Part shown: piece after piece, positions 53,160 to 64,000 of the stretch
Numbering within the stretch: the stretch's first letter is position 1
How the letters are laid out: every line of letters begins with the position of its first letter
Assembly (NCBI RefSeq): GCF_023055435.1
Contig: NW_025963857.1
Location: 2,418,001 to 2,482,000, forward strand
Direction of reading: 5' to 3'
Source: Haliotis rufescens
Lineage: Eukaryota
DNA length: 64,000 bases
Made by a program: the position numbers and the translations under genes
The notes under the pieces: generated by a model
Database searches by the model: none
Seen by the model: only the letters and a program-made list of their open reading frames with translations
What the model was told of the DNA's origin: nothing

Positions 53160-53840
53160 TAGGTGTGACCTGTACTGGTTAACCACGATCCTTGCGTGAC
53201 CTGTAATTGTTAGTCACGATCTTAGTGTGACCTGTAATTGTTAGTCACGATCTTGGTGTGACCTGTACTGGTAAGTCACGATCTTAGTGTGACCTGTAAT
53301 TGTAAGTCACGATCTTGGTGTGACCTGTACTGGTTAGTCACGATATTGGTGTGACATTTACTGGTAAGTCACGATCTTAGTGTGACCTGTAATTGTTAGT
53401 CACGATCTTGGTGTGACCTGTAATTGTTAGTCACGATCATGGTATGACCTGTAATTGTTAGTCACGATCTTGGTGTGACCTGTACTGGTAAGTCACGATC
53501 TTAGTGTGACCTGTAATTGTAAGTCACGATCTTGGTGTGACCTGTACTGGTTAGTCACGATCTTGTTGTGACCTGTACTGGTAAGTCACGATCTTAGTGT
53601 GACCTGTAATTGTAAGTCACGATCTTGGTGTGACCTGTAATTGTAAGTCACGATCTTGGTGTGACCTGTACTGGTTAGTCACGATCTTGGTGTGACCTGT
53701 AATTGTTAGTCACGATCTTGGTGTGACCTGTAATTGTTAGTCACGCTCTTGGTATGACCTGTAATTGTTAGTCACGATATTGGTGTGACATGTAATTGTT
53801 AGTCACGATCTTGGTGTGACCTATTCTGGTAAGTCACGAT
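53160..53840. repeat. 31-bp minisatellite, ~22 copies (GGTGTGACCTGTAATTGTTAGTCACGATCTT)
   Basis: Tandem units, each with a GTGAC/GTCAC inverted pair. Confidence 0.95.
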
Positions 53841-54492
53841 TCAAATTATATTCATCAACCTTAAAGCATAATTCCATAAATAATAGAGAAAGATATTGTC
53901 GAGAGAGGACCTAAACATTTACCAGGATCATTTCATCTGGCAAATAGTTCAATGGTCACCTTGGCGTGACCTGTAAGACTATTGACTTGACCAGAGACGG
54001 CTGTTGTACTGAGAGCATGCAGTGGTGAGATTACACAGATTGTCCTGCTACAGACCTTAATTGAGGTTCTGTTAGTGACAGGAGTATTGAAGGGTGCAGC
54101 ATTAGACAAGAAACCCAAAATTGTTTTTTTTAAGAAAATGGTGAGTGGTCGTCACTACCCGTTGAGCAGGACATGTTTACCTCATGTCATTGTCGATGAG
54201 AATCAGTTCCACATGGGATAAGTTCCACCGGAAAAATATTGCCGGTGTAAATTTATCAGAAAATTTCTTTCTTTTAATAAACACCGTTCCATTTGAATAA
54301 TTCTCCTGAGAAATATAGCACAAAGGCACAATTTCACTACATGAACAGGTACTCTTTTACACTATTACTGATTTCCAGTGATCGATTCATACAATTTTCA
54401 TCACTGTTTTGCCCTTTACACCGAAGGTATTGCTTCCAGTCAGTGTCTGTTTTAATTACCATATGCACATTCATATATGTGTTCATTTCACA

Positions 54493-54878
54493 GACCGCCT
54501 CCGTGGTCTAGTGGGAGAGCGTCCGCCCGGAGAGCGGAGGGGTCCGGGGTTCGTTCCGGGACCGCGTCATACCAAAAGACGTTAAAAGATGGTACTTGTT
54601 GTTACCCTGTCTGGCGCTCGGCATTAAGGGGCTAAAAAAAGGACTGGTCGGCTGGGAGTCAGTATACTGTGTCTGAGTGGGGTATTCATGTTAAACTGCG
54701 GCATGGTATCTCAGTGAGCTAGCACTATAAATCGGCATCAGTCCGGACTAGTACAAGCAGCCACACAAACACACACACGTACATACACGTCGCTATATAA
54801 GTGCAATAATCACGTCGCTATATAAGTGCAATAATCTTAGACGCGACGTTAAACCCCATTTCACCTCATCTCACTTCA
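54493..54878 (+). mobile_element. SINE family D, tRNA head plus Meta-domain-like core (MetaSINE-like), full length
   Basis: A box GTGGTCTAGTGG, B-box-like GGTTCGTTCC, core GACGTTAAAAGATGGTACTTGTTG...CTGGCGCTCGGCATTAAG, TSD CATTTCACA at 54484-54492 and 54879-54887, and an internal 25-bp duplication in the tail. Confidence 0.85.
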
Positions 54879-56051
54879 CATTTCACAAATCATTACTAGA
54901 TATGACTGGCCATGACTGTGCAGGAATGACATGATCCTGTAGGTAATGAACCTCTCTCGCCTTCATATTAAAGCCACACATATCTACCCTCAATATTCAC
55001 CCATTCAACGTGCATTTGAAACGAAACTTACCAATATGCAGATAACTACAACCGACTTTAACCTGTGTGTACTCAGAGATATAAATCCCAAATGCCAGTG
55101 CCCAGGACAACACCGCTTAATACTACCAATAGGCTTGTTGATCTGTCTTGTCTTGGCATTCACATGTTATTCGCTTCGTATTCACAGTATTGAACATATC
55201 AAAACACGTTCTTTGTGATCATGGCTATAAGTGGAATGGATTTTTCCCATGATATACGTCATGGAGTGGTCTGCAGATTACTCCTGCAAGGCGTTGGTTT
55301 TACTCATATTTATCCCGGCTTACACTATCTGAATACGTTTCACACGCAGATCTCTAGACTGGTTTTTTTCGTTATTGTCAGCCTCTTATGACGTCAGTAG
55401 TGATTATTAATAACTCTTTGTTGACTAAACTACCGCGGATGGAATTTCTTATGAACCGTCCGGCCATCGATGACGTCATGGATCAAGGTAGTCCAACAAG
55501 CAACTTACACAGCGATAACGGCAAGCTGTCAGCCTGAGCACTGCAGAAAACAAAATACCAGATCTGGGAACTGTTGTCGCTGACTTGAATATACTACAAT
55601 TCCAAACGCAACATTTGGGTTCTAATAACATTGAACAAGACGACCATTGCGGCAGCGGGCAGTACGTCAGTTGTACGACTTTGATAGGTCAGGCCATGCG
55701 TCATGAATTTAATATAGAGACCACGACTGACGTCACTGTTTCCTCAAAAGACATAGGATCGTCTTTGGTTACAAGAAACACGAGGTTTGCTCGCTCCTCA
55801 AATTGCAACGTCCGACGTTAAAACAAGCCACAGCACAGATAACTAGCCTGTAAGATAACTTAAGACTATTACCAACGGGGGATACAGTCAAACGAGGCTA
55901 TTACGTCTTCTCTAAAGGTAGATTTATTAGGAGAGGTCACGCTAAAGTAAATTTCTAGCATGTATGAAAGATAATTAGCAGTTGGTCGTAGGCTGTGGTT
56001 GAATAGTCTGAAATGCATTATGTCTTGTTCGTTAAACGCTGCAGATTCAGT

Positions 56052-56262
56052 AAATAAAGCGACAAAACCCTTTCCATATCAATAACAGAATTTTCTGCAA
56101 AACGCAGAGTCGACTGTACGATTCCGACTATATCATGAGCATGTGTTTATGAATCAAATAGTCATGATACCAGGTGTTCGCGAAAGGTGTGCGTATCCTG
56201 CCCCACCGGTGGCACCCATCATAAACACATGCAAAAGCAAGTCAATTGCTCACCTGAAAACA
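56052..56262 (-). mobile_element. Naiad-type PLE 3' end (best-preserved UTR motif)
   Basis: Shared terminus and a perfect 14-bp enclosing inverted repeat. Confidence 0.85.
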
Positions 56263-56352
56263 CTGAGGCAACTGACACAGCTGACTTGCACTAAGTTCGT
56301 CGCTCTAAAGATCTTGAAATTCCAAATTGTTCCTCATTTAGCCGCATGAAAT

Positions 56353-56595
56353 GTCAGGTGAGGTAAAATAGGGTTTAATGTCGCATCCAAGATTATTCCA
56401 CTTATACAGCGGCGTGCATGCACGTGTGTGTGACTGCTTGTGCTAGTCCGGACTAATCCCGAGTTTATAGTGCTAGCCCACTGATATACCATGCCGCAGT
56501 TTAACATGAATACCTCCGTGCACACCAGTCCTTGTTTTAGCCCCTTAATGCCGAGTCAGACAGATTAACAACAAGTACCATCTTTTAACGTCTTT
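56353..56595 (-). mobile_element. SINE family D, 5'-truncated
   Basis: Reverse complement matches 54578-54870. Smaller D pieces occur near 14440-14545, 36675-36840, 39740-39800 and 44405-44935. Confidence 0.8.
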
Positions 56596-57514
56596 ATTAA
56601 GACAGAAAAAAAAGTCACATGATATTTGTTCCGCTTTTAGTTAACATATTATTGAATAACGAGATTATCTGTTATTCTCCATGGATTATAGATTATAGAA
56701 GTTATATTCTGTGAGAAAAGTGCCAAATTTCAATTTCTTTGTGATTTGAAACCTGTGATTGACCAATAAGGATCAAGAGTTTTGAAATGTCATGATATAA
56801 TGTTAGTAAATATTAATATATTACCTTTTCAGAATATTTTCTTCATTGTGTTAGGATGTTAAAACGTATCTGTAAATGCATGTTTCCAAAGACTCTTTTG
56901 AATATATCCTCTGACCAATGAAATGGAAACTGTACTTTCTAAAGACATTTTGTATATTAGTTTCGCGTTTCATACATTCCACCTGCACATGTTGGATTTG
57001 TTCGAGGTAGGGATGAATATGATAATTCAAATTATTTCTTAAGATCAACAGTGTACAAATATGGTCGGTCGAATAATTGTTACCTCGAAAGTGAAGAACT
57101 ACGCCCCAGCACGTGCCGATCGTAGTTCTTGGGAATATATGGAGACGATCACAAAAGCTGCCACTCCCTGATCTGATCTCACACAGCGTATTGAATCCAA
57201 TAGAAACAACACGATACCCCTTTACGAAATCAAGATGTTGGCCATTCCAAGGGTTAGAATAAAGGACAGTCATGACAAGATGAAAGTTACACTTCACTGC
57301 TGCCAGCTTTAGTAGTTCACAAAAAGTCCAAACGTCAACGCTAGAAAATAGGAAGTCTCGTTTATCTGCCGAAACAGATTCCATTCGGCGTAAGGAGCAC
57401 AATGGTGACACATCAAATATATATGAATGGATCCCTGAAAGTCGGCAATGGCACCAAGTGTTAGGGAAAAGGCATATATACTCGAGAAATTCAGTTGTTG
57501 ATATACAAAACAAG

Positions 57515-58506
57515 CAGGGAGATCCAGTTATTCACATATGAACATGCATGTATACCTGGCAGATCCAGCTGATCACATATGGACATATATGTATAGCTGG
57601 CAGATCCAGTTGTTCACATATGGACATGTATGTATAGCTGGCAGATTCAGTTATTCACATATGGACATGTGTGTATCTGGCAGATCCGGTTGTTCACATA
57701 TGGACATGTATGTATAGCTGGGAGATCCAGTTATTCACATATGGACATGTGTGTATCTGGCAGATCCGGTTGTTCAGATATGGACATGTATGTATAGCTG
57801 GGAGATCCAGTTATTCACATATGGACATGTATGTGGACATGGCAGATCCAGGTAATCACACATGGACATGAACGTATAGCTGGCAGATCTAGTTGTTTAC
57901 ATATGGACATGCATGTCTAACTGTGAGATCCAGTTATTCAAATATGGCCATACATGTATAGCTGGGAGATCCAGTTACACACGTATAGACATGTATGTAT
58001 AGCTGGGAGATCCAGTTATTCAGATATGGACATGCATGTATAGCTGGCAGATCCAGTTGTTTACATATGGACATGCATGTATAGCTGGGAGATCCAGTTA
58101 TACACATATGGACATGCATGTATAGCTGGGAGATCCAGTTATTCAAAAATGGACATGCATGTATAGCTGGTAGATCTAGTTATTCACATATGGACATGCA
58201 TGTATAGCTGGGAGATCCAGTTGTTCACATATGGACATGCCTGTATAGCTGGCAGATCTAGTTATTCACATATGGACATGCATGTATAGCTGTGAGATCC
58301 AGTTATTCACATATAGACATGCATGTATACCTGGCAGATCCAGTTATTCACATATTGACATACATATAATAGCGGGGAGATCCAGTTATTCACATATGGA
58401 CATGTATGCATAGCGGGGAGATCCAGTTATTCACATATGGACATGCATGTAAAGCTGGGAGATCCAGTTATTCACATATGGACATGAGCGTATAGCTAGG
58501 AGATCA
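57515..58506. repeat. 41-bp satellite, block 1
   Basis: Unit GATCCAGTTATTCACATATGGACATGCATGTATAGCTGGSA. Confidence 0.95.
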
Positions 58507-60051
58507 CATATAATTCTTATTTTGAAGTTTAGGGGATTTCCGATGATTGGTTTATTTGCTGATAACATGACCCGTTCTAGTTTCAACAAATTCTAAAAAG
58601 TGACGTTTACAAAGTATAAACTTCACCTTTTGACGTTTACGTTATTTTTGACCGGAACTACTTTTCATGGTGAATGCCCGAGTGGAACTATTCTCTTTTC
58701 TCTGCCCTGCTCACCACGATCGCGTGGATCGGCAAAGTCGGACAATAAATCACCGTTTCTTTTTCACTCAAGGTTTCATTAATATGCACGTACAGCGGGC
58801 AGATCCAGTTACCGACATGTGGACAAACATGTCTAGTTGGCAGATCCAGTTATTCTTAAGAAGAACGTGCATGAATAACTGACAGTTTCAGTTATATATA
58901 TATATATTGTTTTAGGACATCTCTACTATGAGGTCATCTGCAAATTAATTATCCCTTCCATCCGCCAAGACTAGCCAGAATGACCTTTCACGGTAGTAAA
59001 TACTGTTGAATACACACTTCTTTCAGCGGCTGCCAATCCCCACCTAAAGGTCAATATTTGACATGAGTTTATACATCTAAGATGAAAGGCAGAACCATTT
59101 ATCACCAGGAGGTGCACCGACTATATGGCCGTCGACCTCAGCGTGGCAATTCATCAATACACCGTCAGTCTCACTGACTTACATAACAATGCTTCACCAA
59201 GGTTGTATGTGGGAAGCAGGGCGAGCTGAGGATGTAATTACTCATCAATCAAAGGAAACCCTGGATATACCTTATAGTTATTGGCATGATTTCTACCGAT
59301 ATGTGAAAGATAAAAACAGGTTTTCTGACCCATGTGGTATTTTCTCAACGCGGATGGCCTTTGAGCCACGTGGTACATGCCGATATTAATACTGTCATAT
59401 TTGTCCTCCCATATGGTGTATTTGAACTCTGGGCTTTTTGTAATCTCGACGTTTATCGCAGTATGTTTTCATGGTCGATTTGTGTGTGCGAAAATGAGTG
59501 CTTTTGGAAGCATTAACCTTTTGATAATGCGCATGTGCTATCACAACATGAAACGTGGCCGAGTGGAAGCAAACCTGGTCGTGTTTATAAAATATTTATA
59601 CAGTAAAAATGTTGACATTTAAGAATTGATGTTTTAAACGAGATAGTTCATTTGGGTACATTTTGTACAATACACCTGGGTAGTGCTTAAGTTACGAGTG
59701 AGTGAGTCAGTCAGTGAGTCATTGAGTCAGTGGGTGTTACAAGCAATCCTGCAGCTGTAAACTGAAAAGGGTTCTGTCGCCATTGTATATCATTATGTAG
59801 ATGAAGTAAAGCATTTTCTCGACTCGGGTTGGACACCTCACTTCAATACAATTCGTGAAACCCATTCTTGGCTTTCCCACGCTGTATTTTGACTTCAGTG
59901 TTGCTGTGAGAGGCGTTGAACACTCTTTAATCAATCAGTCACTTGCGAGATACGAAGAGAAAAATGACAGGCTCTTTTCGTCTAACATTAAACAGCGAGC
60001 CTTTGATCGCCATAGTAGCAATGGATGTCAGATATTACATTATTACGAAGC

Positions 60052-61745
60052 ATGATGCATGTACAGCTGGGAGATCCAGTTATTCACATATGGACATGCA
60101 TGTATAGCTGGCAGATCCAGTTATTCACATATGGACATGCATGTATGGCTGGCGATCTAGTTATTCACATATGGACATGCATGTAAAGCATGTATAGCTG
60201 GGAGATCCAGTTATTCACATATGGACATGCATGTATAGCCGGAGATCCAGTTATTTACATATGGACATGCATGTTTAGCTGGCAGATCCAGTTATTCAAA
60301 TATGAACGTGCATGTATAGCTGGGAGATCCAGTTATTCACATATGGACATGCATGTATAGCTGGGAGATCCAGTTATTCACATATGGACGTGAATGTATA
60401 GCTTGCAGATCTAGTTATTCACATATGGACATGCATATATAGGTGGAAGATCCAGTTATTCACATATGGACGTGCATGTATAGCTGGCAGATCCAGTTAT
60501 TCACATATGGACATGCATGTATAGCTGGCAGATCCAGTTATTCATATATTGACATGCATTATAGCTGGGAGATCCAGTTATTCACATATCGACGGGCATG
60601 TATAGCTGGGAGATCCAGTTATTCACATATGGACATGCATGTATAGCATGTATAGCTGGCAGATCGAGTTATTCACATATGGACATGCATGTATAGCTGG
60701 GAGATCCAGTTATTCAAATATGGACATGCATGTATAGGTGGCAGGTCCAGTTCACATATGGACATGCATGTATAAATGGGAGATCCAGTTATTCACATAT
60801 GGACATGCATGTAGAGCATGTATAGCTTGGAGATCCAATTATTCACATATGGACATGCATGTATAGCTGGCAGATCCAGTTATTCACATATGGACATGCA
60901 TGTATAGCTGGCAGGTCCAGTTGTTCACATATGGACATGCATGTTTAGCTGGCAGATCCAGTTATTCACATATGGACATGCATGTAAAGCATGAATAGCT
61001 GGGAGATCCAATTATTCACATATGGACATGCATGTATAGCTGGGAGATCCAGTTATTCACATATGGACATGCATGTTTAGCTGGCAGATCCAGTTATTCA
61101 CATATGGACATGCATGTAAAGCATGAATAGCTGGGAGATCCAATTATTCACATATGGACGTGCATGTATAGCTGGGAGATCCAGTTATTCACATATGGAC
61201 ATGCATGTTTAGCTGGCAGATCCAGTTATTCACATATGGACATGCATGTAAAGCATGAATAGCTGGGAGATCCAATTATTCACATATGGACATGCATGTA
61301 TAGCTGGGAGATCCAGTTATTCACATATGGACATGCATGTATAGCTGGCAGATCCAGTTATTCACATATGGACATGCATGTATAGCTGGCAGATCCAGTT
61401 ATTCACATATGGACATGCATGTTTTGCTGGGAGATCCAGTTTTTCATATATGGGCATGCATGTATAGGTGGCAGATCCAGTTATTCACATATGGGCATGC
61501 ATGTATAGCTGGGAGATCCAGTTATTCACATATGGACATGCATGTTTTGCTGGGAGATCCAGTTTTTCATATATGGGCATGCATGTATAGGTGGCAGATC
61601 CAGTTATTCACATATGGGCATGCATGTATAGCTGGGAGATCCAGTTATTCACATATGGACATGCATGTATAGCTGGGAGATCCAGTTATTCATATATGGA
61701 CATGCATTTATAGCTGGCAGATCCAGTTATTCACATGTGGAAGCA
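60052..61745. repeat. 41-bp satellite, block 2 (includes 50-bp variant units)
   Basis: Same unit as block 1; degenerate units also occur at 58785-58895. Confidence 0.95.
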
Positions 61746-61894
61746 TGATGGCGCTGTGGTCGTCAAAGTCGTACCCTCTCCAACGGAGCATGTCTGACAT
61801 CACGATGAAAAAAACCCATAAAACCCATTAAACAATTGACGATTGGCTTGTATGCTCAACACAATTCTGATATAACAGCAAGGAATAATACAAG

Positions 61895-62488
61895 AAATAT
61901 CAGTTGAATCTATGAGTTGTTCAGTAAAACTCCTTCTATCATTATGCAGAGAACAACAGTTGAATTTTTATGTTGTTCAGTAAAACTTCCTCTATCATTA
62001 TGTAGAGAATAACAGTTGAATTTTTATGTTGTTCAGTAAAACGCCCTCTATCATTATGCAGAGAATAACAGTTGAATCTATGTGTTGTTCAGTAAAACTC
62101 TCTCTATCATCATGCAGGGAATAACAGTTGAATCTATGAATTGTTCAGTAAAACTCCCTCTATCATTATGCAGGGAATAACAGTTGAATTTTTATGTTGT
62201 TCAGTAAAACTCCTTCTATCATTATGCAGGGTATAACGGTTGAATTTGTATGTTGTTCAGTAAAACTCCCTCTATCATTATGATGGGAATAACAGTTGAA
62301 TTGTTATGTTGTTCAGTAAAACTCCCTCTATCATTATGATGGGAATAACAGTTGAATTTTTATGTTGTTCAGTAAAACTCCCTCTATCATAATGCAGGCA
62401 ACAACAGTTGAATCTGTGAGTTGTTCAGTAAAACTCTCTCTATCATTATGATGGGAATAACAGTTGAATTTTTATGTTGTTCAGTTGA
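61895..62488. repeat. 56-bp tandem repeat, ~10 copies
   Basis: Unit CAGTTGAATTTTTATGTTGTTCAGTAAAACTCCCTCTATCATTATGCAGGGAATAA. Confidence 0.95.
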
Positions 62489-63573
62489 ACTTTATCGCAA
62501 TCAATTAATCACAAAAAGAAATGTTTGGGCCTCTGGAGACCAGCATTTGTCAGCTTTTTAATGCAAATACTATTTCCCTGCAGCTTTTAACAAACTCCAA
62601 TATCCTGTGGCAAGCAGTATAATCACCCACGCTATCCGCACGCTGTGCAAAAGAGATTTGACATTTGACTAACTATGCAAAAAACGCATGTATCTATTTT
62701 TGATAACAAGGTCTCTAACGCTTTTATTCAACTGCTGATGTTGTTTCTTTGCAAGCAGGCAATGTCACAAAATGATTTTCACACACAAAAATGAAATTTG
62801 TGTCTTCAAGGTTGTGGGGTGGGTGTTTTCCGTAGGACTTGTTCTTGTAACCTTCATGACAGGTTCTGTCTAAAAACATCCGAACGCGTCGTCGTGGTTC
62901 GTGATAGGTCACAGTTTTAGGAATATCTCAAGGTAGACAGTTATTGCTGACTCATCTGCCTTTATATCTTATATAGAGTAAACAAACCCATGTGGATCGT
63001 AAACGCGTGTGATAAGCATACCATTCCGTGCCTTGGTCTGCATGTGTGTTTTTGTGTGCTAACGTGCGGACGTGCGAGGTCATGTGAGCGCGCGAATGTG
63101 TGTACAAAAGGGATCTTGTCCACAAAATGCTGTGCTTTTGATCGTTCAGGAGTGGAGGGGTGTGTGAGTAGATGTTTGTATACGTGAGCGGATTTGTCCA
63201 ATAAATATGCGTGCATTAATGCTTTCGTGCATGCGAGTTTAAGCCCACGTGTGTGCACATGAACGGCTTCTGTCGTGGCAATGAAGTAAAGTGTGTGTTA
63301 GCGGTGATAATCTTTGGGAACTTTGTACCTTTCGAAATTGATATTTCTTTGGCCCATCGAGCGTGTATCGACTTAGGCACAATTGCAGATAACGTTTATG
63401 TGGGGATATATCGAATAAAAGGTGTTCGAGTCAAACAGGTTTTACTGCACATAACTAGTTATTTCATACGCGTGATGGCTGTAAGTTTCACGGACGCGTA
63501 ATTATATTATTTATTGTATGAAATACAACATTCGACAAATATTTAATTATGTATGAAAATCACTCTCTCAAGT

Positions 63574-63836
63574 TTTGTTTGTTGTTTAACGCCGCACTCA
63601 GCAATATTCTAGCTGTATGACAACGGTCTGTAAGTAAAAGAGTCTGGACCTGACAATTAAGTGAGTTACATTATGAGCATCGATCCACGCAATTGGGATA
63701 TGACGACATGCATTAACCAAGTTAGCGAGCCTGACCACCCGATCCAGTTAGTCGCCTTTAACGAGAACAATAGTCGCCTTTTACGGCAAGCATGGGTTGC
63801 TGAAAACCTATTCTACCCCGGATCTTCACGAGTCCC
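63574..63836 (-). mobile_element. SINE-like family C, full length, double-hairpin head
   Basis: TSD CTMTCTCAAGT at 63563-63573 and 63837-63847; 5' end GGGACTCGTGAAGATCC. Confidence 0.88.
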
Positions 63837-64000
63837 CTATCTCAAGTACTACACTCCGTTCACCAAACATATTTTAAATATAAGCCACAAAACTCATTCC
63901 ATAATCGTAAGAAATATCTGCTGGAAGCAGAGGCTATTATATACTCTGCAAAAAAGGAAGCGCAAAAGTGTTGCCGACATCCATACAAGATGAATACCAA

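Noticed and set aside
56851-57513. 220-aa minus-strand ORF
   Set aside because: No recognisable motif. Part of it resembles repeat sequence at 44500-44620.

Overview
Repeat-rich animal genomic DNA, most likely a gastropod mollusc (abalone-like; inferred only from the repeat content). The one credible host gene is an intronless class A GPCR at 10382-11842 (+). It resembles histamine/muscarinic amine receptors, but the amine-binding Asp3.32 is replaced by Arg. The rest is mobile DNA and tandem arrays: a complete but dead Tc1 transposon (1600-3068) and a second decayed Tc1; two MITEs; R4/Dong-like and RTE-X/L2-like LINE fragments; four SINE-like families with a related 3' tail (A: tRNA-Asp-like head; B: tRNA head plus V-like body; C: non-tRNA pseudoknot head; D: Meta-domain-like); more than a dozen fragments of a Naiad-type Penelope-like retroelement, almost all on the minus strand; fragments of a hammerhead-carrying Penelope element; and about ten satellite arrays. 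Most long ORFs in the track are repeat artefacts. Best leads: (1) a conserved multi-branch RNA structure in the Naiad 3' UTR; (2) the pseudoknot/hairpin head at the precise 5' end of SINE family C; (3) the charge-reversed aminergic-like GPCR. All family assignments come from motif recognition by eye, not from database searches.
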